Source: Cyanophora paradoxa CCMP329 (Eukaryota > Plantae > Glaucophyta). Taken from it: a DNA stretch of 64,000 nt. The stretch covers positions 372,001-436,000 of the forward strand of contig QPMI01000409.1 in NCBI GenBank assembly GCA_004431415.1, in the 5' to 3' direction. Made by a program: the position numbers and the translations under genes. Shown piece by piece: positions 24,578 to 36,298 of this stretch (its first letter is position 1; every line of letters begins with the position of its first letter). The notes under the pieces are model-generated. The model was not told the DNA's origin, made no database searches, and saw only the letters and a list, made by a program, of their open reading frames with translations.

Positions 24578-26248
24578 ATGACGCTCCCGACTCGAGCCGC
24601 GGTCGTTTTGGTGTACGGAATTCTGCTTCTTTCCGCGTATGCTTTGTCCGTGGACGACGCGTGTGGAGGAGATGTGTCGCTAGAGCTTGCTCTCCGGCTT
24701 TTCGACCATGGAGATCAACAAGGCAGCGCAGCATGTTTGCGCGCCGTGCATGAGCGGTCGGGCAATGTCACGGAGCGGTTGTTGGCGGCCCGCGCCCTCA
24801 CTGGGCTTTACACGTACGTCGGTGACCACCGTGCGGCACTCGGGTTCGTTGAGCGCGTTCTCGCGCTCCAGCCCGAGGACCTCGACGCCTACATACGCAA
24901 GTCGGCCGGATTACAGGTTCTTGGTTCTTCGGCTGGAACTCTTCCTCAGCGGCGTGAACGCCGCAGCAGGCGCTGAGCGAGTTTGAGGCCAGTGCTCTGA
25001 CCCTTGACAAGGGGATCCGTGTCGCTCGACGAGTGATGCTCAACAAGTTATGCGGAGCGATCGGTCGAAGCAGCGACGGTGTTGACGTTGCCCTCCTCAG
25101 AACACAGTGCCTGCGCATGCAAAAAGACAGGCAGGCACGCTATTGAACTTCCTCTGTTTCGCGTCCAATGTAACTGTTCTCATAAACAACCCAATAGATC
25201 TTGTACTACTGGAAGAACGCCAGTAGGGAATTCACAGGACAAGATGATGGCGATGTGCATGTCCTTCATCTCTTCCATCACTTCAGTCCCTCGCCTGAAA
25301 AGGTTGGTTAAATCACTTCGTTTTCTTGCTGAAGCCCTGAGCTGAATATCAGATAATTTTCGACATCGGCGCCAACAAAGGCTTCTTCCTCGAGGAGCTT
25401 TACACGCTTTGGGGACTTCTCCCTCTCCAGCGCTTCGTCAACAAACATGGTGTCCGCACACTACGGAAGGCTCTGCAGCCAACGGCTCTGAACCCTCCAT
25501 CCTCAGCGTCCCCCACCGTTCACGCCTTTGAACCTAATCCTGGAACCTTTGAACTCTTGAAAAAAATCGTTCAAGGAGACTATCCTCAACATCGCCTGCA
25601 TTTGCACCAGATCGCCCTTTCAAATGTGACTGGCGTTTCTCCTTTATTTGCTGGAGATTACGCTGATGACGAGGAGGTGCTCATCTCAAACGAGATTCAC
25701 GAGATTTATTTGATGGCATACTGCAGGTTGGGAGCGAATATACAACTTTGTTGAGTGCTGGGCATCGTGTAGCTGATGTAGAGACGATGACATTCGATGC
25801 ATTTGTCGACAGAGCTCAGATCAGTGGGAATTTTGACCTTGTGAAGGTGGACGTTGAAGGCTTCGAGGACCTGGTCCTGCAGGGAATGCAGCGAGCATTA
25901 CAGGAGCATCGCATTCGTCTCCTCCTTTTCGAATTCAATGGTGCTTGGAAGAAGATTGGAGCTCGGTTGCTGGACAGGATCACGTGGTTGGACAGCCTTG
26001 GATACGACAGCTTTATGGTTGGAAACCGCAATCTTATTCAAGTAAACGGGTTTTGGGATGATATCTACAACTATGATGTAAGTCTCCCAAAAGGGCGTTT
26101 TTTTCAGCTGTCCGACAAGCTCTAATGGATATGGGTTCAGGTCTGGCAATCAGTCCTCTCCGTCCCTCGTGACCACGAACTGCGATATTCTTTCATCGAA
26201 AAGTTCAACCTCGATCTCCAAACATGTATCCTCACCTGTCATGAGTGA
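24578..26248 (+). CDS. Signal peptide/anchor + TPR + FkbM-family SAM methyltransferase
   Basis: Hydrophobic N-terminus; TPR-like AALGFVERVLALQPEDLDAY; IFDIGANKG, VHAFEPNP, LVKVDVEGFEDLVLQG and LLFEF. Confidence 0.85.
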
Positions 26249-26603
26249 TCCAGTACTAGTGAAAGCGCCATGGGGTTCAATTTTCGCCGTGCACATGGCC
26301 ACTTGGAAACGCACCAAAATCGCAGGCCCGGGCTACAACTGTGGGAGAATACTTGCGCAACTTGCGCGCAAGTCTACTTGCGCAACTTGCACATGTGCAA
26401 GTCAACTTGCGCATGCAATTGCCCCGGTGCGTGTACATGTACCGGTTGTACCCAGGCAACGACAAGATCACCAGTCTATATATGTATATAGCTAGATCGA
26501 CGCGCGACCGAGCACAGCGCACAGGCTAGGAGCTCGAGATCCCAGCTGGGGCTACGCTAGCGCTGGCCCATATGCATATGCCAGCGGCCACGAATCGAAT
26601 GCC

Positions 26604-27101
26604 ATTAGGACGTCTTAGCTTATAATTAAAGCTTTGATCTGCGATTACGATTATCGATTAGCTAGGGCGTCCTTGATCTGCGATTACGGAACTAGAAAGT
26701 TGGACGAAAGTTGCATATGCAATTGGAAGAAAGTTGGAAGAAAGTTGGACGCAATTGGAACGAAATTTGAAGTTGGACGAAAGTTGGACGAAAGCAGTTG
26801 CGTACCCCTGCACGCTAACAACAGACCAGCGCTACAGCTAGCTCCCGCCCCTAGACGACCCCCCGCCGCCACAAGACGCGATGCAGCACCCCGCCGCGCA
26901 TGCAGGCACATGTAGCTATTTAGCTAGCCAGAGTGTCCGCGGGGAGGCGCATTACTCTCCTTAGGGGCCCGGGGGCCACGCAGGGCCCCGGGCCCGGCCG
27001 GCCAGTTCGCTGGTGGGCTGGGCCCGCGGCCGCGGCGGCCGCAGTGTACATTCCCACACTTGTAGCCCGGACCTGCGTTTTGAGTACGTGTCCAAATGCG
27101 A
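26604..27101 (+). mobile_element. ~480-bp dispersed repeat, copy 2 (inverted diverged fragment at about 26300-26352)
   Basis: Near-identical to 20158-20641. Confidence 0.85.
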
Positions 27102-27120
27102 CTTGGCTAGTGCGTTTTCG

Positions 27121-27265
27121 TGTACCCAGGCAACGGCTGTACCCAGGCAACGGCTGTACCCAGACAACGGCCAGCTGCGCAACCGAGCAATCGAGCGCAC
27201 AGGCGTGCGGCGCGCTCGTATCCGCCGCACGTATATTCCGTATCACGGCTGCAGTGGATCGGCGG
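27121..27265 (+). repeat. Dispersed repeat, copy B: 17-bp unit (ggctgtacccaggcaac) x3 plus a 9-bp-stem hairpin
   Basis: cgtgcggcg...cgccgcacg at 27204-27231; homologous to 24272-24440. Confidence 0.75.
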
Positions 27266-27356
27266 GGTCGGGGATCGGCTAGCTAGAACATCAGCTTTTG
27301 ATCGCGCCGTTCTGCCCGGCTGAGCGCTGCATTCGCCTATCCAGCTAGAACAACTC

Positions 27357-29339
27357 ATGGGAAAGCGGCGTGCTGCGTCGGAGGAGGTTGCGCGCGAGCA
27401 GGAGCTGGAAGCGCTCCTGTTCGGGAAGGACGACGCGCCCCAGCCACCGCGCGATGACGACGATCAGCCTGTGCACATCCAGGAGGGCGTGGATTTCATG
27501 ATCGATGTTGGCCCGCAGACAGCTAGCAGCAGCACGAACACGATTAAAGCAAAGCCGGATGTGTTGCGAGCAGGTGCGGCCGAAGTGCGGCTATTCTCTG
27601 ATCGATTTTTCTATTAAAACGATGCAGGCCGTGCAGCTTGGGAGGATGAGGACGACACAGCTATCACGGTCAACATCGCTTCCGTGAATCGGCTGAAGAA
27701 ATTGCGCAAGGATGAACTCGAGGACGAGATTACGGGAACGGAGTACAGCGGGCGTCTGCGCAAGCAGTGCGTTGGGAAAATAGTTTAAGGAAAAGCTCAT
27801 GCATGTCTCGTTGAACTTCCCCCAGATTCGAACGCTCGAGCAAGAACATTTCTTGGGCGGAGCTGCAAGGGCCACGAACAGATGGCGAAGATGACGATCT
27901 TGACGAGGATATCAGTATGGATTTTATTTTTACTTGATGAAACCACGCGTTCGATTCCCAAACCAGGCGAGATTGTGCGATCAAGCAATGGTGTTCTGAG
28001 CAAGACTCAAGCAGCTCTCCCTCGGGGCACACTGAGCATATCTCGGCTAAAAGATGCAAACGTTCAGGAGCCAGCGCAGGTGCTTTTTATCTAAGCCCCG
28101 GCTGACTTCAAAGTAATGTGTGTGCAGGGTGTGGTTCAAAGCATCGAATTTCACCCTGCAGCGCCTTTACTCCTCACAGCATCGTTCGACAAAACCTTGC
28201 GCTTGTTTCAGGTATGCGTGATGGCCTTATCTCTTGATTGTCTCCAAATCGATTCTCTTGGACGCTGAATTTCTCCAGATCGATGGGGTGAAGAACCCAA
28301 AGCTTCAGGCCATCCACCTTTCGGATCTTCCGATCTCAAAAGCTCGCTTCACGCTCGAGGGGAAGAGGATAATATGTGCTGGCAAGCGGAGATATTTGTA
28401 CGTCGTTGATATCGACTCCGGGCGTGTCTCTCGCATCAACTCCTTCCGTGGTGAAGCATGCACAGTTCTATGGGAGAAGCTTTTTGCTGACCAGAAAAAC
28501 AGGTATGGAATCGGGTAGACTAGATGTTCTGGATGTCTCGCAAGATGGAGCCTCAATCGCCATTGGTGGCGAAGATGGATCCTTGGTTCTTTTGGACCAA
28601 AAAAATATGCGGCAGCGGTGCACCTTGAAAGCACCTCATGGATCAATCAATGCGTTGGCGTTCTCTGCAGATTCCGGAAGTCTATATGCACTCGCGGGTC
28701 CGTCCATTTTCCTCAAGTATCAGACTTACGCCCTGCTTATCGCAGAACAGGGAATAACACCGTTTCTGTGTGGGATGTTCGTTCGGGAAAGTGCTTACAC
28801 ACCAAGATAGATGAGGGTGCCGTGCAGTCAACTGCGTTGTCCATTTGCCCGGAGTATTTGGCAACAGGGTCTGCAAATACCATTGGATTCTTGTTCGTCT
28901 TCTTCAAGCTTCGAGCATCTGATCTAGCCATTTGGCCCGTACACCAGTTCATCAAGTGGAGTCGTAAACGTTTACAGCCCCCTTGGACAAGAAAGCAAAC
29001 CTAAGTCAGCAGGAGTGCTAAAGGATTTCATGAACCTGACAACGCCAATTGACCAGCTCAAGTTCAACTCCTCACGTGAGCTGTTGGCCTTTTCCTCGAG
29101 GCAAGCACAGGACTCTGTTCGGCTGGTACGTGAGCATTTCTGCTTCCGACCTTTCCCTTCTCACTTCATTATAGGTTCATCTCGGCTCCCGCACAGTCTT
29201 CTCAAACTGGCCAACCAAGCAGACCCCTCTTAGCCACGTTTCAACTGTAGCCTTCAGCCCCAATAGCGGCTTTTTCGGAGTCGGAAACGATAAGGGACGA
29301 GTGCTGCTCTTCCGCCTGAATGCATATAATCAGTACTAG
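27357..29339 (+). CDS. UTP18: U3 snoRNA-associated protein 18 (WD40, SSU processome)
   Basis: ELEALLFG, AAWEDEDD, RLKKLRK, ISRLKDAN, IEFHP..LLLTASFDKTLRLFQIDG..NPKLQ, NLTT, TVFSNWP..TPL, FSPNSGFFGVGNDKGRVLLFRL. Confidence 0.95.
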
Positions 29340-29457
29340 AGAATAATGTATGCATGTGCTTGAATCTCGGTGTGTGAATGCTGCTCTTTTCTAGGGTCCG
29401 GCCGAGCCGCTGGAAACAGCGGCGCGTGGGGAGGAGGGCAACCCCCTCCCTGCCTGG

Positions 29458-29612
29458 CCTAAGACGTCCTAGTTATACGTTACGCTCGTAATCGCAGATC
29501 AACAATTGCAAAGCTAAGGCGTCCTAGTTACGATCGTAATCGCAGATCAAGATCAAGGGACACGTACGCCCGGCCCACTAGCTAATCGTAATCGCAGATC
29601 AACTGCAAAGCT
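29458..29612 (-). repeat. Inverted degenerate gatctgcgattacgat array
   Basis: cgtaatcgcagatc occurs three times, with gacgtcct/ggcgtcct linkers. Confidence 0.75.
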
Positions 29613-30194
29613 GAGGCAGGGCCCGGCTAGCGCTGGCCACTGGGCCAACGAGGGCCCAGCAGGCCGGGCCAGCTAGCGCTTGGTTTCATTGAAACAATGA
29701 ATTGCTTGTGCATGTACGAGTATACGTAGTCGCAGTGGCCGAGCCAGCCTGCTGGTTAGCCTCGGATCCCGGCAACCGTGACTCAAGTGAGTGCAGATCT
29801 AGATCATCGGATATTTACCGTAGTACGGTTCAATTTGCAATCGCGACTCGGCGAGATTTTAATTTGCAATACGTAGTACCAGCCGCGGCAAACCTGACAT
29901 CGAATTCGATCGAAGGCCATGAAAAGAAGCCGGTCTAGGCCTAGGCCGAGGGCTTGCAAATGCTCAGCCGGGCTTCGATCGAATTTAAAGCTTCGGTGAT
30001 GTAGGGGATGGTGGGAGGGTCGGCAACACGCCTGGCAAATCGGGCAGTCGACGGGTACCTGACGACTGAGCCGGTGGCCCGGGTACAGCGAGCCCATATC
30101 GCAGATGCGGGTACCGCCGTGCCCTGGCTCGCAGATCTGGGTACGCCGTGCGTCCGATCGCGATCCGATGATCGCGATCGCGAGCAGCAGGCGC

Positions 30195-30638
30195 GCGGCG
30201 TCCTTGAGAATCTGCGATTACGATTAGGTAGGGCGTCCTTGATCTGCGATTACGATCGAGTGCGCCCCCGTTTGTTTTGATTTTGGATTACGATCTGACC
30301 CCTCTTCGCGAGAAGAAGAAGAGTATGTATAAGACACGCCCAAGCCCCTCTTCGCGCCCACCGCAGGCTGACCTCATGTCGGGCCCCCTCCATGGGCCTG
30401 TAGGGGCTCCCGCCACCGCCCCTAGACGACCCCCCGCTGCCACACTGTGACAAGATCTAGACGCGATGCAGCACCACGCCGCGCATGCGGGCACATGTAG
30501 CCTAGTAGCTATTTAGCTAGCCAGAGTGTCCGCGGGGAGGCGCATATGCATTACTCTCCTTAGGGGGCCACGCAGGGCCCCGGGCCCGGCCGGCCAGTTC
30601 GCTGGTGGGCTGGGCCCGCGGCCGCGGCGGCCGCAGTG
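30195..30638 (+). mobile_element. Partial copy 3 of the dispersed repeat (array 30195-30297; shared block about 30406-30638)
   Basis: Colinear with 20395-20586, with several palindromic micro-insertions. Confidence 0.8.
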
Positions 30639-30643
30639 ATCAG

Positions 30644-30684
30644 GTGCTTCAATGCATTTGAAGATTAGGACACACCCAGTGAAT
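30644..30684 (-). mobile_element. Element terminus shared with 44418-44467 (attCACTGggtgtgtcctaatcttc...)
   Basis: Reverse complement matches 44418-44467 apart from a 9-nt insertion. Confidence 0.75.
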
Positions 30685-33600
30685 AAGCATCTAGTGAAGC
30701 TATGGCAGGGAAGCGCATGGAGATGGTTGACGAGGATTCGAGGGCTGGATTGGAGTAAGGTATTACGCCCTGCTTGGTCTGGCCATTTGCAGCCAACCTT
30801 TGCCGGTCACCAGAGGAAGAGACGTGGACACCACGAGGTGGTGGGAGGGGCTTGGAGAATAAAGTGGTGTTCATCATGCCTGCCATGCGCCCAAGGATGG
30901 CCGTGAATGTTTGAGATGATGTCGTCTCTGTGGGTGTTGCAGAAAGGGCAGGTGAGGGGACAACGAGATCCCGCGAGGGGTCCATTGAAGCGTTCGTGCT
31001 GGAGAGGGTTCCTGCTACGAACTCCATTACAGACTCAAAGTCTTTGTGCACCGCATCACCCTGCAGAAACAAAATTAGGAAGGTCTCTAAAATGTATTGC
31101 AAGAGTGCGCTGCACCTTAGCAGCACAGTCAGCTGCCAGCCGCCCAAATGGTTTTGTAGCAGCTTGGTTGATGGACTGATGCCTCCTCAATGCAGATGCA
31201 TCTGAGGCCACAGATATAAAAACAGAGCAGAGTGGGCGAATGCTTAGTCGAGAATCACCTTTCATAGCAGGTGCAGTCCCGCTGGCCGAATTGTTCAGCT
31301 GAGCAAGATTGTGCGTCGACTTGTCCCGTGCTATGGGCCAGCTTGCCCTGTTTCTTGCATCCTGGTAGCACTCAGGCACAACACTGGAGAAAAAGCAGTG
31401 CAGAAACAAACCTTCACCGAGTAAGTCGAGTCACTGCGTGTGATGAAATGAAGGTTTACATCATCTGCACCGATAGGCTCATCGCCACCACCCAGTCTCA
31501 TAGTCGATGCCAAGGTCAGGCCTTCTCCTTGAGAGGCAAAGAGTCGGCACATTTTTCAGGCCAGAGCACATTCATGTGCAAACCTGGTGGTGGGAGGCGG
31601 TGTTCTTCCTCATTGAAAGGCTGCATGAGTAGCTCACGCGCATCCGAGCGCTCCTGTATGACCGCCTGTTCGGGTTTAGATAAAATCGGCATGAAGAGAT
31701 GAGCCAAGCACTCACAGGTATCTTGCAAATGCACGAGACAACAATCCCTCTGTCAATATCAAGGCCTCTGTTGATGTGCCCATGTCCACCTGCACTGCTG
31801 ATGTCTGTGTTGTCGCACTCCAGCAGAGCCCAGTGTGGACCAGTTGGTTTCCGGAGGTCGAAGGTAATGGACGCAGGGAACGTTGGCCTGGGCCCCGACG
31901 CAACAAGGCCCGAGGAGCTGTTGTTCAAGAAAGGCGACAGCAGGCCCGCATCCCGAGCTCTCGAAATGGACTAAAGGAACCTGATCAGCACAAGCTCATC
32001 AGCCAGTACACAGGATCACGGACTGTTTCACTGTACTCGATGAGAGAGCCTGAGTTGAGGAACATCCCAATGCCCGCCAGCTGGCTGCTGATAAGCGAGT
32101 TGACACATTGAGCAACCCCCGATGGTGATTGCAAGGCTCGTTCCTGAGGAAGCTATGAGCGGAGGTGTCAAACGGAGAGAAGACATACAAACCTCGAGTG
32201 CGAAAATTAGAGGGACAAGCAGGTGCAGCTCTTTGATTCGAAGGTAGTGGAGGAGCGCGCTGAAGATTGATGAAATGGCAACGAAGTGCTGTGGTGAGCT
32301 GCCAGCAGTCTGCAAAGCAGCTTGGAATAGGGCACTGTGAACCCAATAGCGTTGCTGTACATGCAACCAGTGAGATGCATAATAACAACAAGCTACTAAA
32401 TAATAACAGACCTGCTTGCTGAGGATCATGAGAGGGCGGAAGCCAGATGAAGGGCAAGAGAAGGAAATGTCGTTGTCACTGCTTAGCACAGGTTAGAGAA
32501 GTTCGATCTGAAACGGTTCAAGAAACAAATCACGTTGTCTTCCTGAAGGGGCCCAGGAGGAGCAGCAGAAGCCGCAGGGCAAGGAGGCGGGTGTCTGCGA
32601 TCGGAGGTCAACCAAACGCAAAAATACGATTCTGCTGCGGCAGACCTCCATCCTGAAGTTGTGCAGCAAACAGGATCGTCTCAAGAATAGGCGTGGGGAA
32701 GTTCTGCTCTCCTCCAATAGCAGAAACCACAGGGTGGGCCATATTCTGATCAGGACTTCCACCTCCTTTCATGTTTGTGGTATCTTGGTAGTGGCTAACA
32801 AGATGAATGGCACAGCGGAAGAGGAGCCGGCGGTCACCCACGGATTCACGTTCCATGGACTGCAAAAAAGGCAAGTGAGGCTCCTGGCAGGAAGCATCGC
32901 TTTAAGAACGCTTTAAGCACCTTCAACCCAGGTGGCATCTTCGCAAGGATAGCTGCAAGCATATCTGTGCATTCCGTCCATGATTGTAATTTGCTGCCGA
33001 ACATCCCAAAGCACTGAATGATGGCGTTGTGTAGCAGCGGGAGACTATTTTGGTCCTGCGTGCGAGGTGTTACGAATGCCAAAAAAAACCCGGAAGCGAG
33101 CATACCTGTGACCGTGCTAGCAAGTGGCGAAGAAGCGAGGATCTGCCCATTGCTGCAGGTCCGAGAGCACCCCGAGTCAGCGCCAGCACCGAAGTTGCAA
33201 CCTGTGCTTGCGTATTACAACAACAGAAAGATCAGTAGGTTTAAAGCAAAACATACATAGACAATTCCAGCCTTCAGATGAATGGCTCTGTCTGGCTCCG
33301 AATCCAAGTATCTCAATAAATGGACGAAAATGACATAGCTGTGCTGTGCCTGCTTGCAGAAAATCAAACGAAAAGGTTTGCTTGTGAAGAAGGCCGAAGC
33401 AGGCCAATGCCTCACGCACTGGAACTGCGGAAGTAACAACCTTCATGCATTCATTGCCGAACGAAATGCCAATTGGCATCCAGCCATCGTACTTATCCAG
33501 GAAACTGCGCGGACGGTCAACGAAAAAGGTATAAATTTCGCAAGGGGGTGACAGACCTGAATAATGGGTCCAGAAGCGCACGGGCAGTTGCTGAGTTTGT

Positions 33601-34590
33601 ACGGGAGAATGCATCTACAAGGCAGCGGTATGCGAGCCGCCGCACGCTCTCCTCCTGTTTGCCATAAAGTGCCGACTCGAAAGTTGGCTCAGCATCATTG
33701 AATGGAACATGCGACGAGTTGACTTCAGGAGCACCAGGGACGCTGAAGGGAGATAACATGTAAATGACAGATGAAGAAGGAAGTAAGAGTTGCACTTGAG
33801 CACGCACTCTCGCTCCTTTGGATACTGCATATTCACAAGGACGATGGGGATGATGCGGGGGTATTGCTCAGTGATGTGGCCCGACATTTTGTGGATCATC
33901 TTAATAATAGCTAACAGGCCCGCCATGCGCAATCTGGACAATTGGGGATGAATAAAAAATAATAATGGAATTCCTGTGCCCGTCACCTTCTCTGGGAGTC
34001 CACAACCTGGGTCTCGTCCAAGCACAACGACATGAGATCATCCATCAACCCATCGAGCTTGCGGTGGTTCGTTGATTCGTCTTGATAATGAACGAACTGA
34101 ATAAACTGGGCTCGTGTGAGCGAGTGCCTTGCCCGCTCTGAGGGAAGAGGAGACGCACTGTTTCGATAGCAGCCAAACGCAAGTCTTCCCGTTGCTGCTT
34201 GATAAGAGCCTCGACACACTTCATCACGTTTGAAGCGTATAGAGTCATCTCCGTGTCCGTGTGGCAGGCTTGAATGAGGAGGTTCAGCACTTTCATCGCA
34301 ATCTTGACGAAACTGCGGCGCGCGATGAGCGCGAGTGGTGCAGAGTGCTGGCTGCGGTGCGCGGCTGCGCCCGGCCGTTCGCACCCATACTTCCGGCTGC
34401 CCAGGTCGCGCTGCACTCGCGCCTGGATATACTTCCCGATCTTCGGGAGCTTGTGCGTGTTGGCTGCGGAGAACTCGGTAAACTTCTTGCCATTGCGTGC
34501 GACGATGCCTCCCTCCGGGTCCTTGGGGAAGAGCAGGTCGATAAATTTCTTGTACTTGGGCTTAACGAACAACTTGCCGCAGGTCGGCAT
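30665..34590 (-). CDS. EFR3: EFR3 family protein (PI4KIII-alpha anchoring, ARM repeats)
   Basis: MPTCG..KPKYKKFIDLLFPKDPEGG..KKFTEFSAANTHKLPKIGKYIQARVQRDL, FVKIAMKVLNLLIQACH and RLRMAGL; C-terminal MRFP. Confidence 0.88.
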
Positions 34591-34864
34591 CTCGCTCTGC
34601 CGGGCTGGAGGCACACCGCGCAGGTGCTTTGTATCGACTAGCTAACTTCAGCGCGCACGAAGCGCATCCGGGCGGGCCGCAGCGGTCCGCCAAGCCTCCG
34701 AACAGCGCGCGCCCAAGCCAACGGATAAGGGCCGCAAGCCGCTGCAAGGCACGCGGCTCTGCAAGGCTCGCCTAAGCAATCCCGTAGCGAGAAGCGGCTC
34801 AGGCCGCCCTGAAGCCGCGAACTTCAAGCCGGCCGGCGGGGTACACTCTGACAGTAGTCGTGGA

Positions 34865-36148
34865 ATGAAGGCCGCGTTCCTGCAGTCGGGCTCTCCTGCC
34901 ACGGCACCTAGTGCAGCGCGTGCGTCGGTGGTGAGCGCTTCGCCCGCGCGCTGCCTGGCACGTGCAGGCTCGACGCTCGGTGGGGCCGGCCACCACCGCC
35001 TCGCGCGCACTTTCGTAGGCTCAGCGTGTTGCGTCGCATCGGTCGGCGAGCAGCGGAGCAGCAGTCGGCACGACGCGGAGCCGTCAGCGGTCGACGTCGG
35101 CACGACGCGGAGTGGTCGGCACACGCCGAGCCCTAGCGAGCAGCGGTCAGCACGATGCGGAATGCGTGCCCAGCAGCAGAGCGAGGAGGGCGCCCCGGCG
35201 GCGCGCAAGTCACGTCGCAGCTTCTGCGCATGCGCTGCAAGTCTGGTCGCGTACGTCATTGTGACGGCGCACCCAAGCGCTGCGCGCGCGGCCGAGGAGT
35301 TGCAGGAGTTTGAACATCCGGACAGTTACCGATTTCTTTATCCCGGTGCGACGGGGAAATCGTTTTAGCCCAAGGACGATCCCCTGATCTCGCTCATGAT
35401 CAGCGAGGTGGGTGCGTGACGAAGATGCGAGTCCCGGCAAGAATCGAAGGAGACCGAAGGGCCCCGAGGTAGGCTTCACAGATCTCTTCGACCCAGCAGC
35501 CAACGTGTCCGTGGTGCGTGTACATGGCGCGGTGGAGGGGGGCGCGCACCAGCAGTCCCCTTCGCGAGCCCGGACAGCCGAGGGGGAATGGGTCGGCTGG
35601 AGAGCAGACATGCTAGGAGCGGCCGCGCGCGGCAGCACGCAGACCTTCGAGAAGCTCTTAAGTGCTCGGCGCACTGCGGATGCGGCAGGTTGTGTCAGGT
35701 CTCCCGCCCGGAGACTTCTCCGTGCGGGACCTCGGAGAGCCGCGGGAGGTGGCCGAGAAACTCGTTCGAACTGTCGTAGCGCCTCAGGTGAGCATGTGGC
35801 CCTCTCCATACTCACCAGCCTACGCTTATACGTAGACGCCCTCTCCGAATCAGGGGAGCGGGCGTACGGCGAAGCTGGTTCGGACGGGCATCGTCGAAAA
35901 AGAGGGCGTTGAGTATCTGGAGATTGAGTTGGTGGTCCGCCTACTTCTGTCCCACCACACCACCGAAAATCTCCCTCATTTCAAGTTTTGCGTCACAGGT
36001 CAGGGGCAAAGATTGGACGCGGCGATCCTTCACGGCACTTGCAATGCGGCCAAATTCTTTATACAGTTTCACGCTGCAGCTTCCAGAGGGCAACAGCTTC
36101 AAGGGAATCGACTCCGCGGCGATTCTCGGCTCTTTTCGCGTTCTGTAG
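34865..36148 (+). CDS. PsbP-domain thylakoid lumen protein with bipartite plastid/Tat targeting
   Basis: MKAAF + Ser/Ala/Arg-rich leader; SRRSF twin-arginine followed by a hydrophobic stretch and ARA; YRFLYP, ANVSV, YLEIELV; ends ILGSFRVL. Confidence 0.8.
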
Positions 36149-36298
36149 CGTGCCCAGTGTGCACGTCTTTCCCGACTCTTCGGCAATTACTTTGTCTCAA
36201 CTCTTCCGCAATTACGTCTCTCAGCCTCCGGGAAGAGGGGGTTAAAGGGGGTGGGTTGGGCGAGAAAGGAGTCCGAAGCGGAGGCGGCCTGAGCCGTC

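Noticed and set aside
27121-27170. RFX X-box-like gtacccaggcaac
   Set aside because: Imperfect match, embedded in a repeat, and no evidence for RFX regulation of these genes.
27204-27290. Helitron 3' end (hairpin + CTAG)
   Set aside because: The hairpin is about 45 nt from the nearest CTAG, and the homologous copy at 24380 lacks an equivalent terminus.
29950-30130. Possible structured RNA or RING remnant (VDCPICQAC on the minus strand)
   Set aside because: No recognisable RNA-family motif and no further Cys/His ligands with correct spacing.
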